Shown here one piece after another: positions 19,630-29,500 of a stretch of 64,000 nucleotides of DNA. Within the stretch, counting starts at the first letter, position 1. Each line of letters starts with the position of its first letter. The translations under genes and the position numbers were made by a program. The DNA lies in NCBI GenBank assembly GCA_964538615.1, contig CAZIGK010000009.1, positions 8,072-72,071 of the forward strand. The letters run 5' to 3'. This stretch comes from an uncultured Rickettsiales bacterium. Its GTDB lineage: Bacteria; Pseudomonadota; Alphaproteobacteria; Rickettsiales; RI-342. Under the pieces are notes generated by a model. The model had not been told where the DNA came from. It worked only from the letters and a program-made list of their open reading frames with translations, and made no database searches.

Positions 19630-19929
19630 CTATTTTTTCGGCGTCGTCAGTTGTGTCGGCTGCTGCTTTTTCTTTTGTTCATCCTCTTTGCCCGCGGCAC
19701 CCAGTGCATACGCGCAGAGTTCTTCAAAGTCCAGTTTTTGCTCTTTGGCAATCTGGTGTAGCTTGGCAAAGCTATCCATCACTTCCTGAGGGATGGTGCC
19801 GCCACGCTCTTTCGCCAGCCAGTCTGCCTGAAATTGCAGAGGATGATTTTCATCCTTCGGTGCCCCGATATAGACATGAAACGGCGAACGCTTGCCTTTA
19901 AAATCACAGGGAACGGTAAAACGCTTCAT
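19630..19929 (-). CDS. DUF2610 domain protein
   Basis: MKRFTVPCDF.G..SPF.VYIG.P....HPLQFQADWL..ERGG.IP..VMDS...L; GAGG RBS. Confidence 0.88.
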   Translation of the reverse strand: MKRFTVPCDFKGKRSPFHVYIGAPKDENHPLQFQADWLAKERGGTIPQEVMDSFAKLHQIAKEQKLDFEELCAYALGAAGKEDEQKKKQQPTQLTTPKK

Positions 19930-20061
19930 GGCGCCTCTAACCTCCGGTCAAAACCTCTCGTCACAACACGATCTCAGGAACAAAACTACCACCAGCATAT
20001 TACAAAACCATGAAACTGTAGGCAAGACCAGACCCTAAGACGTATTTGCAGGTGATGGAAC

Positions 20062-20685
20062 CTAGCGAGATGGTATCCCCTCGCCAGAGAGCATCGGCTG
20101 CCGCTGACTGGCATGACTGACGGCGGCCAAGGTGGCATCTGCCGCTTGTTGCCAATCGGTTGGGCGCGTCAGTGCCTCCCACGCTAAAAGACCGGATACA
20201 GCGGATTTCTCTGCGCTTTCACCCACCGCCTGCTTCTCGCCACCAAACCACATAGCAGGAACGGAAAGTGCGGCTTGGCCTGCTTCATGCAAGGCCAGCC
20301 CTGCGTAACCTTCCACCTGCGCCAGACGCTCCGCCAATGTGCGGTGATGCAGTATAAAAACATACGCCGCCTGCAACCAGCTCACCTCTATTTCAGGAAA
20401 ATTGCTTTGCCGTTCATGGGCATATGGGTAATGCACAGCATCCTGTTGCTCCCCAAGAGAAGATAATGCCTGCCATAATTCCTGAGCCACACCATCAGGG
20501 AAACGCCGTGCAATATCCAGTGTCACCCGTGTCTCTCCGGTGCGCGCCGCCTGCTCCAGCGCATCCTGTAACTGTCGCTGCACGTCATGACGCGCCTGCA
20601 AATGGCGTGGCTGAAACAAAGAATGGCTGCCCAATGCTTGCGCGAAACGCTCCGCCTGCGCGGCAATGTGTGATGAAGATCCCAT
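20062..20685 (-). CDS. Hypothetical protein (207 aa)
   Basis: AGGGA RBS; fills the gap; no family recognised. Confidence 0.6.
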   Translation of the reverse strand: MGSSSHIAAQAERFAQALGSHSLFQPRHLQARHDVQRQLQDALEQAARTGETRVTLDIARRFPDGVAQELWQALSSLGEQQDAVHYPYAHERQSNFPEIEVSWLQAAYVFILHHRTLAERLAQVEGYAGLALHEAGQAALSVPAMWFGGEKQAVGESAEKSAVSGLLAWEALTRPTDWQQAADATLAAVSHASQRQPMLSGEGIPSR

Positions 20686-20826
20686 CGTTAGTCCCTGTTT
20701 TATTTATTTATTACAGGAACAACATACCAAAACCCCATAAACGCGCAATGGCTTTTGCATGGGTGACACAGAGTCTATAGATACATGTTCGCTATGCGCG
20801 ATAGACCACAGCCATGCGTCATGTTC

Positions 20827-21165
20827 TTATTTACGCTTCGGGTTGCCGGTAAACGCATTCACTTTATGGAAGGTAAAATTATCCGCATAGGATTTTGGGT
20901 GAACCATCCGCTCTTGCGGCTGTTTCACTTCATAGGTAATGCCATGCTGCTCTGCATAGGCACGTGCCGCTTCCAGCGAAGGAAACCGCAGGCGAACCTG
21001 CTGGGTCGTATCGCGGGAGCCTGTCCACCCCATCAAATCATCGCTATAACGGCCAGCAATGGGCACAAATTCCAGCAGCCAGTCCCGCGTTTTGCGCACG
21101 CCGGATTGCATCGCGGTTTTGGCTGGGCGATAAATAACAGCTTTAGCAGGCAAGGGATGTGACAT
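20827..21165 (-). CDS. ETC complex I subunit (NDUFS4 homologue)
   Basis: IYRPAKTAMQSG...W.LEF, LMGWTGS.DT..QV.L.F, KSYADNF. Confidence 0.9.
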   Translation of the reverse strand: MSHPLPAKAVIYRPAKTAMQSGVRKTRDWLLEFVPIAGRYSDDLMGWTGSRDTTQQVRLRFPSLEAARAYAEQHGITYEVKQPQERMVHPKSYADNFTFHKVNAFTGNPKRK

Positions 21166-21242
21166 GACACACACTCTTTGACATGATGCGGGAAATCTTT
21201 ACAGATACCTTCCGTATCTACCGCAGTTTTGAGGCCTTGGCA

Positions 21243-21731
21243 ATGACCCAACCACTTCATGAAGCCCAACATATGCAGTTTTTGCGCCGTTCCATTCGGC
21301 TGGCAACGGAAAATGTGCATGCCGCAGGCGGCCCGTTTGGAGCCGTTATTGTGCATAATGGGCAAATTGTGGCGGAAGGGGTGAACCGTGTCACCGCCAA
21401 TCTGGATCCCACAGCCCATGCAGAAGTCACGGCGATTCGTCAGGCTTGTCAGGTATTGCAGCGTTTTGACTTGCGTGGTGCCACGCTCTATACCAGTTGT
21501 GAACCCTGCCCCATGTGCCTGACTGCGGCTTACTGGGCACGTCTGGATGCCGTGTTCTTCGCGGCAGATCGCTTTCAGGCCGCCCAAGGCGGTTTTGATG
21601 ATGCATGGCTGTATGATGAAGTGGTGCTCCCCTACGAAAAGCGCCATATTCCCATTCGCCGCATGCTACAAGGGGAAGCCATGCAACCTTTCGCCGCCTG
21701 GCTGGCTAAAGACGACCGGACACATTACTAG
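21243..21731 (+). CDS. Zn-dependent nucleoside deaminase (guanine deaminase GuaD-like)
   Basis: GGPFGAVIV, DPTAHAE, SCEPCPMC, GFDD, C-terminal Tyr. Confidence 0.9.
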   Translation: MTQPLHEAQHMQFLRRSIRLATENVHAAGGPFGAVIVHNGQIVAEGVNRVTANLDPTAHAEVTAIRQACQVLQRFDLRGATLYTSCEPCPMCLTAAYWARLDAVFFAADRFQAAQGGFDDAWLYDEVVLPYEKRHIPIRRMLQGEAMQPFAAWLAKDDRTHY

Positions 21732-22020
21732 GTCTACCCTTCCGCCTCAGTATTGCAAAAGCTGCGCCCCATCAGAACACGCGGTATTCACGGAGATGAT
21801 GGTGCGAGACTCTTGTCATATGGAATAATCCTAAAGTCATCGCCCGTGGATAAGTGGGCTTATCTTAACGACAAGACGATAAAAATAGCCATGGATGGAT
21901 GGTTTGTCATGAAATGGACATAAAAAAGTGGAAATATCAAGATTCCAATATAGTCACACAATGCTGCTATAGAAGCGATGTGGGCTGTATTGTACCATAC
22001 ATAAAAAACAGGAAACCAAG

Positions 22021-22368
22021 ATGCAATTTCATGAATTATCCGATCCTGAAATGTATGTACTGATCTGTGCGGTGACGTTTGCACCCAGCAGCACTAACTC
22101 CCTGAAAATGCTCTATGAAGTTATAGAGAGTATGGAGCCTCCTTATGCACGCGAGGCGATGCATGGGGCTACGGCTTCACTGTTTAGAAAACTCTCTGAG
22201 CTGGAACATGGAAGCCTTGATGAAACCAGCCAGCGATTCACCATTACGCAGCAATTGATAGATGCTGTAGAGATGTTTACAGAAGGGCGTGCCTCCGAAG
22301 ATCAAAACCTTTCTTTGATCTGTACTGAGGAAAATCAAAACTGCGCTTTGGTTATAAGCATCCGCTAA
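22021..22368 (+). CDS. Hypothetical protein (115 aa)
   Basis: AGGA RBS, AT-rich upstream region; no family recognised. Confidence 0.6.
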   Translation: MQFHELSDPEMYVLICAVTFAPSSTNSLKMLYEVIESMEPPYAREAMHGATASLFRKLSELEHGSLDETSQRFTITQQLIDAVEMFTEGRASEDQNLSLICTEENQNCALVISIR

Positions 22369-22617
22369 TATGCGTCAAGCATTGGCGCTGCCGTTGGTGA
22401 CATCAGCAAGGCGGGTTGCAACAGGCTGTCGTGCAGGCAATAGCCTGCCTGAATCAGCTGAATGATTTGGCTGGGACGGCGCATGGCATTCCCACTTGCG
22501 AAATGGCCTGATGATAGAGGTGATGGAAGGCTGGTAGCAGCGTAGTGAGCGATCATAACGTACACGGCACGAGCCGCGCAGCAATGGCGCGGTTTACCCC
22601 ATTAGAACGTGAATGCG

Positions 22618-25161
22618 CTAACTATACCACCAGTGGCGCTCTTCCACCCCCCTCCTCCACAACAACCACCCCATCAACACGGCAATCACCAGCAACCACA
22701 CCCAGCGTATCTCACCAAATTGCTGTTGCACTTCCAGATGGCTAATCCGGCTATCCGGTTCGGCACCGGCCAGTTCGGCGGTGCTGTTGAAACTGACCTG
22801 CGTGATGCGGTAGTAGCCATCTGGCTGTGGCTCTACCAACAATCCGGCACTGGCCAGACGGGACAGGCCATCTGTACCGCGTTCTGCCAGGGGCAGTAAC
22901 ATCTTGTACTCGGCAGCGACTCCCTGCACCTGTACATCCGCTGCGGGTTGCAGGGTCAGGCGTAATATCGCATGATCCGGCAGACGCTCCACCCATGCGC
23001 TTAGCTGATCTGCTGGCAGGCTACGGTAATCCGGTTTCCAGAAAGTCAGCAACATATGCGGCCATAAAAGTAACATGACCATCAGGGCGCAGGCCAGCCG
23101 TTCCCACCAATATAGACGCAAGGCTCGTACCTGCCACCATTGCATCCATAACCACAGGGCCAGAACTAACACGGCAAAAATCACCCAGCTACTCACCTGC
23201 GTGGCACTCCAGTACCGCAACCACGCAGGCTGACCCAGTTGCATCAATGCTAACATCAGCGCAAAGCTGATGAGGGGCAGCAGCTCTTGCCAGCGATAAC
23301 GAAAGATGACCGTACTGGCGACCCCCATACCGGGCAGAAAATCCCCCAACACCATCCAGAGCCAGAGCATCGTGGCAACAGATGCCTGCGGATAGACGAC
23401 TCCAAACTGTTGGCAAACCTGCAACAAAAGAGGCAGGAATAAACTCCCCATCAGCATCATTTTGGCCAATAGTGGCTGCCCGATAGTGAATAACATGGCT
23501 GCCAGTACGGTCCAGAAAACGGTGAGTCCAAACCAGCCCATGCCCATCTGCATGACCAGATTATTCAAAAAATTACTGCTTCCGATGAGGGATAATATGC
23601 CCATCATCATGCCGGCTACCGCTGCAATTACTAATACAGCAGAAAGCCAGCGCGCGGCATCCGTTGCGGTATGACGGAACGCCAGTAGCATATGTCCCAG
23701 CCGCTGTTGCCAGCGATAACGCTGTACCCGTTCTGAAAATAACCGTTGCAGGACAATCAACCAAAGACCCAGCCACGCCATTTGCCACAGGCCAGAACCG
23801 ACATCCCACAGCAGAAACGCAACCCCCACACCCCATACCCACGGCACCCAATGGTGCAAACCCTGTACCAGTAAACGGCAGGCAAACCAGTGCTCTGATA
23901 CATGTGACGCATAGCGCGTGGCAACCAAGCGCGCCAATACCATCCAGCCGATCCCCACCCCAGCCAGCAGACTGACCGATGCCCCAACCGTGGCCACCAG
24001 CGCATAGGCAGAGGCGAATAGCAGCAGAAACCACACCACCAATAATGCTCCGGCAAGCAGGGTTTGTTGCCATGGCAAATGCAGGCTAAGCCTCTGAGGG
24101 GTCGTGGCTAACGCCGCAGATACCCCCAGTCGGCCATGCCATACCACCAATAACATCAGCAGCAGAGCCACCCAACTTTGTATATGCTGATAATCCGACA
24201 GTCCCTTCGCATCGACATCCAGCGCAACGCCCAGTCCGGCTCCGCTCAGGAGGGGGGGCAGCAAAGGCATCGCCATGGTTATACCAACCAGCATCCAAAG
24301 CGCATCAACCGGTGCAATATGATGCCGACGGCTGACCTGTAGCACGTGGTATTTAGCGGCCAGCCCGTGCACCAGTGGCGATGCCGCCATCACCCCTTGC
24401 ATCATCAGGGTAAAGCTGGCCGCCCAACGGGCGCCGCGCTGCCCCAGCATGGCAAACCACCAACGCTGCCAATAATCCATACTGCCACTCTGGCGCAGAC
24501 TGGCAGCCCACAAGGTAAACAGGGCAACTTCCTGCAGGGTTGTTCCAACCCCTACCCCAAAGGCTCCATCCATCGTCAACCATTGCTGGCGAATCAGTTT
24601 GTCCCAGCCATAGTCCCGGTGCCGTAAAAACTCTGGCCACAGGCTCCATTCTCCATGCAGGGTGAACCCAAGAAGTATCACGACCCATACCACCAATAAC
24701 CGCGCCCGCCACTGCCACGCCAACCCAAGCAAACAACCCATACCTCCCAGACCCGCCCATAACAACAGCGGCATGGTCTGGTGTGCCGAGGAAAGCGCCT
24801 CCTCCCCCCGATAGCCCAGCGCGGTATAGGCAACCGTCAGGCATACACCCGCCGCCATGATTTTATAGAACACCAGCCATACGAGGGAGGGACGCCCCAT
24901 CCTTCCATAATGGGGGAGCAGTGGGGCGGCCATCAGCATAAAGGCTCCAGCAAGCGCCATATGCATCTGCCGTCCTGCCAGAGTACCCGTAAACCAGGTG
25001 GCATTAAAGGCATAGGTTGTCAGCAGCAACAGCATCCAGCCGATAGCAAACCAGCCGACCAGAATATTCCAGTAACTTTTCCATCCTTCGGCTCTGGAAG
25101 GACGAGGCGGAGTGGGCGCATGCTCAACCGATGCCTCACCCGTCATGGCCTGCTCCCCCAC
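22618..25161 (-). CDS. Divergent TAXI-TRAP fused permease (DctQM-like, DUF3394-like C-terminus)
   Basis: Many TM segments; GAFGVGVGT..ALF.LW, AAVAGMMMG and C-terminal RL..AGL...V.FNS.AE.AG resemble TRAP 4TM/12TM fusions; directly downstream of a TAXI binding protein. Confidence 0.75.
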   Translation of the reverse strand: MGEQAMTGEASVEHAPTPPRPSRAEGWKSYWNILVGWFAIGWMLLLLTTYAFNATWFTGTLAGRQMHMALAGAFMLMAAPLLPHYGRMGRPSLVWLVFYKIMAAGVCLTVAYTALGYRGEEALSSAHQTMPLLLWAGLGGMGCLLGLAWQWRARLLVVWVVILLGFTLHGEWSLWPEFLRHRDYGWDKLIRQQWLTMDGAFGVGVGTTLQEVALFTLWAASLRQSGSMDYWQRWWFAMLGQRGARWAASFTLMMQGVMAASPLVHGLAAKYHVLQVSRRHHIAPVDALWMLVGITMAMPLLPPLLSGAGLGVALDVDAKGLSDYQHIQSWVALLLMLLVVWHGRLGVSAALATTPQRLSLHLPWQQTLLAGALLVVWFLLLFASAYALVATVGASVSLLAGVGIGWMVLARLVATRYASHVSEHWFACRLLVQGLHHWVPWVWGVGVAFLLWDVGSGLWQMAWLGLWLIVLQRLFSERVQRYRWQQRLGHMLLAFRHTATDAARWLSAVLVIAAVAGMMMGILSLIGSSNFLNNLVMQMGMGWFGLTVFWTVLAAMLFTIGQPLLAKMMLMGSLFLPLLLQVCQQFGVVYPQASVATMLWLWMVLGDFLPGMGVASTVIFRYRWQELLPLISFALMLALMQLGQPAWLRYWSATQVSSWVIFAVLVLALWLWMQWWQVRALRLYWWERLACALMVMLLLWPHMLLTFWKPDYRSLPADQLSAWVERLPDHAILRLTLQPAADVQVQGVAAEYKMLLPLAERGTDGLSRLASAGLLVEPQPDGYYRITQVSFNSTAELAGAEPDSRISHLEVQQQFGEIRWVWLLVIAVLMGWLLWRRGVEERHWWYS

Positions 25162-25173
25162 AAGGCGCCTGCA

Positions 25174-26250
25174 TTACTGATACAATTCTGGCGTTTCACC
25201 TGTTTTCAGAATACCCGCTTCCTGAAACCATTGAATAGCCGCAGGATGCATGGGAACAACCATGCCCTCATGTGCCATTTGTTCTTTACTCAGGCTGGAA
25301 AAAACCGGGTGCAGGGTACGGAAATTATGAAAATTATCCTCTACCCGATCTTCTCCGGTAATTTTATTCTGGTAGGTTTTGCTGCCGAAGACAGCGCGCA
25401 AGACTTCCTGCACTACCCGGTCATCCGTTCGGCTGGTTGTCAGCAGGGCGGCTTTCACCCCGAACGATGGAATATCCTGCACCATACCTTTATACATGCC
25501 CGCCGGAATGCCCGTGCGTACATAAAACGGGTTTTGCTTCAATAGCTTTTCAATATCCAGCAAATCCAAAGGTACCATGACAGCATCGCAACTACCTGTC
25601 ACTTTCTCTACCAATGTATTCGGGTGACCAATGGTGTGTACAAATGCATCAATATCTCCATCACAGAAGGCTTTTTCCAATTCTTCAGACGCCTTCAGTT
25701 CCGATACTTTTTTGAAATCACGATAAGTCCAGCCCTTACTGTTCATCATTACGTCCATCGTAATGCGTGTACCAGAGCCGGGATTGCCAATATTCACCCG
25801 TTTGCCTTTCAAATCATTGAAGCTGCGGATACCAGACCCCGCACGGGCAACCACGGTAAAAGGCTCGGAATGTAAGGTAAAGACGGTGCGCAAATCCTTA
25901 AAGGCGCCAGCTTTCTGAAAAATAGCACTGCCGTGATACGCATGGTATTGCCAGTCAGACTGGGCAATCGCAAAATCCATATCCCGTTGATGAAGTGCTT
26001 GCAAATTGTAAATGGAACCATCCGTGGATTCCAGCAAACATTTCAAGCCATGCGACTTGATATTCAGGTTGACCAATTGGCAAATAGCACCACCAATGGG
26101 GAAATACACCCCCCGGATAAGACCGGTGCCGATGGTAAAATACTCCCGCGCTTGCGTTGGTTGCGCTTTTGCCTGCGTTAGACCAGCAGCCAACAAGCCT
26201 GCCACCACAACATACCCGATCCACCTACGCATACCCGCTCCTTCATTCAT
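25174..26250 (-). CDS. TAXI-family TRAP solute-binding protein
   Basis: TIGTG...GVYFPIGGAIC, STDGSIYN, AQSDWQYHAY, HSEPFTVVAR, GNPGSGTR, GHPN, P.HPAA. Confidence 0.95.
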   Translation of the reverse strand: MNEGAGMRRWIGYVVVAGLLAAGLTQAKAQPTQAREYFTIGTGLIRGVYFPIGGAICQLVNLNIKSHGLKCLLESTDGSIYNLQALHQRDMDFAIAQSDWQYHAYHGSAIFQKAGAFKDLRTVFTLHSEPFTVVARAGSGIRSFNDLKGKRVNIGNPGSGTRITMDVMMNSKGWTYRDFKKVSELKASEELEKAFCDGDIDAFVHTIGHPNTLVEKVTGSCDAVMVPLDLLDIEKLLKQNPFYVRTGIPAGMYKGMVQDIPSFGVKAALLTTSRTDDRVVQEVLRAVFGSKTYQNKITGEDRVEDNFHNFRTLHPVFSSLSKEQMAHEGMVVPMHPAAIQWFQEAGILKTGETPELYQ

Positions 26251-26364
26251 TCCGGCATGGAGTTTTTATCTATTCAGCATACCGGATGAAGCGCAGTTTG
26301 CAAGTGCGGCCAGTGCCGCATCATGCATCAGAAAAAAATCGTGGAGAAAAACCCCCAAGACGGG

Positions 26365-26871
26365 CTACAATTTAAAGGCATCCTGAATGTAGCGGGTCCA
26401 GAACCCTTCCAACAATCGCAGCGTGGAATTCACGCGTGCAAGAACATTGATATCAAGATCTCCGCCGCTTAACTGAAGGATATGCCGCTGATACAGGGCA
26501 TCAATTTTTTCGCAGAGTACCAACCCCTTATCGGATAATTTGACCCGCGCAGAACGTTTATCATGCGGGGAACGCTCATGCACCAGATAGCCATTTTCTA
26601 CCAGCTTTTTGACGTTATACGATACATTGGATCCCAGATAATATCCCCGGTTCGTCAACTCTCCAATGGTGAGCTGTTCATCACCGATATTATAGAGAAT
26701 CAATGTCTGGATGTTATTGATATCTTCAATACGCATCCGATCCAGCTCTGCCTTAATGACATCCAGAAAACGGCGGTGCAACCGTTCCAGCAACAAAATG
26801 GATTCCAGATAGACATTCTTCACCACTGCCTGATCCTGCAAAGCCATGGCATTCAATTTCTGTTCCGACAT
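26365..26871 (-). CDS. MarR-family regulator, LdtR-like
   Basis: ERLHRRFLDVIK.ELDR, LYNIG, RGYYLGSNVSYNVKKLVE.GY, D.RS.RV.L. Confidence 0.9.
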   Translation of the reverse strand: MSEQKLNAMALQDQAVVKNVYLESILLLERLHRRFLDVIKAELDRMRIEDINNIQTLILYNIGDEQLTIGELTNRGYYLGSNVSYNVKKLVENGYLVHERSPHDKRSARVKLSDKGLVLCEKIDALYQRHILQLSGGDLDINVLARVNSTLRLLEGFWTRYIQDAFKL

Positions 26872-26929
26872 GCGGCATCCACCTATCAACATCAACACTG
26901 AGGTTGCTAAATACTATGGGGGCTTAGGT

Positions 26930-29140
26930 TTAAGAATCCGTTGCCTGAGACGCTTTTTTCTCCTCTTCCATCACTGGCAGGCGCACCAATGCCTGCGCGC
27001 CTCCCTCCGTGCGGTTGCGAAATTGCAGGCTCCCCCGATGATCCACCAGAATTTTATGCACAATCGCCAACCCCAACCCCGTGCCCCGTGCTTTGGTGGT
27101 GACATAAGGCTCTGTCAGTTTTTCCAGCAATTCCGGCGGGATACCCGGCCCATTATCCTGTACGGTCAGGCACCATTGCTGCCCTTGCTGCTCCAATGCG
27201 ACCACCACTTTGCCTGTCTGAGGCTCGTCCCCCTCTCCAACGATAGCTTCTGCGGCATTTTTCAGGAGATTGGTCAACACTTGCATCAGTTGTTCGCGGT
27301 CTCCCTCCACCATCGCAGTCCCTGTTGGCAGTTCTTGCTCAAAATGGACGCTATTCCATCGGCATTCTTCCGAAAAAACGGCCTCTTTCACTAATTTTAC
27401 CAAATTGACCGGACGCAGAGATGGCGCCGGCATCCGGGCAAAAGAGGCAAACTCCTCGACCATGCGGCCAATGGTTTCCACGTGGCGGGTAATCGTATCC
27501 GTGTAGCGGTAGAAGTTCTCTCGTTCCTCTGGATTTTCCTGCTTATCGGCATATTTGCGACGCAGTCGCTGCGCGGCAAGCTGAATGGGGGTCAGTGGGT
27601 TTTTAATCTCATGCGCAATACGGCGTGCCACATCCGCCCAGGCGGCACTTCGCTGGCTGGTGACCACATGGGTAATATCATCAAACGTCACCACATAACC
27701 ATCTACTCCTGCCGCATATGGTGATGCCTCCGCCAGTACCCGCACATGCAGGGTCACGCTGCTCTCCGGCATCTGGTGTGGAATATCTGTCTGCACCGCT
27801 TTACCGGGCTGCCGCTCCGCCTGTTCCAGCAAGGACTGAATAGCAGGCCATACGTCTCCCAGATCACGCGCCAGATACTCCGCCTCCTCACACCCCAGTA
27901 AATCGCAGGCTGAACGGTTCAGCAACGTGACCTGACGCTTCGCGTTTAAGGCAATCACCCCGGCAGAAACCCCTTCCAGCACTGCCTCCATAAAACGGCG
28001 GCGGGCATCTAACTGTTCGTTCGTGCGCGTAACAATACGCTTTTGCTGTTCCAATTGTTCCGTCATGCGGTTGAAAGCTGTTTCCAGTGCGGCTATTTCA
28101 TCCTGCCGTTTACTTTCCTGCACCCGCACGCTGTAATCACCGCGCCCAACCTGCTCGGTCGCGGTGGCCAGTTTTCCAATGGGGCGCACCAGCCGGGATG
28201 CCAACAATAAAGCAGACGCCCATGCCACCAACAGCAGCAAGACCGTCAGCAACGCAAAACTTAGAAAAAACCGATATTGAATGGCGTTAATCTGGCTTTG
28301 CAGCTTTTGGTATTCCGATGCCGCTCCTTTGGCGCGCTCGGTATGTTCCAGAATTTTCGGATCCACAAACCGGCTCACCATCAACATGGCACCGCCCGTA
28401 CCCTCAATACGGGCAATGGCGGTCACGGCGTCATTATCCTCTTCATTCAGATACACCACCTGCCCTTCGGCGACCCGCTCCAATAACCGCTGGGGTATAT
28501 GTTGAAAGGCAAACGTTAAGGCCAGTTCTGATTCCGCAAAAATTGTATCTCCCCGAAACACCACCGCTTCTGACAGGGAGCGCACCCGCACCTGCGCGGA
28601 TAAAAATTGCCGAAACAAGCCTTCATTGGTGAAAAGAATGGTCGAGTTGCGGGCAATATCAGATGCCAGCCCCCGTGCATCCGATTGCAGATTTTGCTTA
28701 TGCTCTTCCAGATAGGCTTCCGCCACCGCCACCGATTGTTCCAGTACGGTATGTAATTTGCTGTCAAACCAGCGGTGCACCCCCACATAAAACAAATAGC
28801 CGGAAAAACTGGCCACCACACCTCCGGGCAACAGAACCAGCAAACTGAAAATAAGGATCAAGCGTTTCTGCAGACGGGAACCGCTTCTACCTTCCCGCAC
28901 TTCCCGCCAGATAGCATAAAGCCGCCACAATACCAGCCGCAGCACCAGCATCAGCAAAATCGTGTTGGCCGCAATCAGCACATAGCCAGACGGCGATTCC
29001 ATGGCCATATGTTCATCGGAAAAACTAAGCAGCCCATAACTCACCACCACGCTGACTGCGGTGACAATGAGCAGCGCAATGGTTGCCTGCCAACTGGTCA
29101 GCCGATGTTTCCAACGCTGCCAGAACGACTGGATAGGCAC
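26930..29140 (-). CDS. ntrY: Sensor histidine kinase NtrY
   Basis: GSRL..RL..IFS, HAMP, PAS, AAWADVARRIAHEIKNPLTPIQLAA.RL, EPYVTTK..GTGLGLAIV. Confidence 0.93.
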   Translation of the reverse strand: MPIQSFWQRWKHRLTSWQATIALLIVTAVSVVVSYGLLSFSDEHMAMESPSGYVLIAANTILLMLVLRLVLWRLYAIWREVREGRSGSRLQKRLILIFSLLVLLPGGVVASFSGYLFYVGVHRWFDSKLHTVLEQSVAVAEAYLEEHKQNLQSDARGLASDIARNSTILFTNEGLFRQFLSAQVRVRSLSEAVVFRGDTIFAESELALTFAFQHIPQRLLERVAEGQVVYLNEEDNDAVTAIARIEGTGGAMLMVSRFVDPKILEHTERAKGAASEYQKLQSQINAIQYRFFLSFALLTVLLLLVAWASALLLASRLVRPIGKLATATEQVGRGDYSVRVQESKRQDEIAALETAFNRMTEQLEQQKRIVTRTNEQLDARRRFMEAVLEGVSAGVIALNAKRQVTLLNRSACDLLGCEEAEYLARDLGDVWPAIQSLLEQAERQPGKAVQTDIPHQMPESSVTLHVRVLAEASPYAAGVDGYVVTFDDITHVVTSQRSAAWADVARRIAHEIKNPLTPIQLAAQRLRRKYADKQENPEERENFYRYTDTITRHVETIGRMVEEFASFARMPAPSLRPVNLVKLVKEAVFSEECRWNSVHFEQELPTGTAMVEGDREQLMQVLTNLLKNAAEAIVGEGDEPQTGKVVVALEQQGQQWCLTVQDNGPGIPPELLEKLTEPYVTTKARGTGLGLAIVHKILVDHRGSLQFRNRTEGGAQALVRLPVMEEEKKASQATDS

Positions 29141-29149
29141 AAGCAGACC

Positions 29150-29500
29150 CTAACCGCGACGACGTGCGCGTGCTTCCGCAACAGGCAGGGTGAAAATGCG
29201 GGCACGGCGGGCGCGGCGGCCACGGCTGGCGACCAGCGCATCATCAATATGCAAATCCTGAATTTTCTGACGCAGGGTGTTGCGGCTCAGACCCAGTAGG
29301 GTCGATGCTTTGGACTGGTTGCCTCCGCATTGCTTCAGCACCAGTTCCACCAGCGGTTTTTCTACCTGTTGGATAACCATGTCATATAACTGGCCTTCCG
29401 GCAGGTTTTCACCATGCTCGGCAAAAAACCGCATCAGATAGTCCTTCACCACATCCCCTAAATGGTTTTGCGGTTGCAATTGTAGTGCGACATTGTTCAT
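29150..29500 (-). CDS. Stand-alone Fis-like HTH protein (NtrC C-terminal domain-like) with an Arg-rich tail
   Basis: [43 protein letters not shown] (HTH_8); ATGA overlap with the dusB stop; GGAGG RBS. Confidence 0.88.
   Translation of the reverse strand: MNNVALQLQPQNHLGDVVKDYLMRFFAEHGENLPEGQLYDMVIQQVEKPLVELVLKQCGGNQSKASTLLGLSRNTLRQKIQDLHIDDALVASRGRRARRARIFTLPVAEARARRRG

Noticed and set aside
21785-21852. Imperfect inverted repeat tattcacggagatga / tcatcgcccgtggata
   Set aside because: Could be another decayed element, but too degenerate to assign
22369-22617. Intergenic stretch with short ORFs that could be an sRNA or small gene
   Set aside because: No recognisable RNA motif, RBS or clear repeat match
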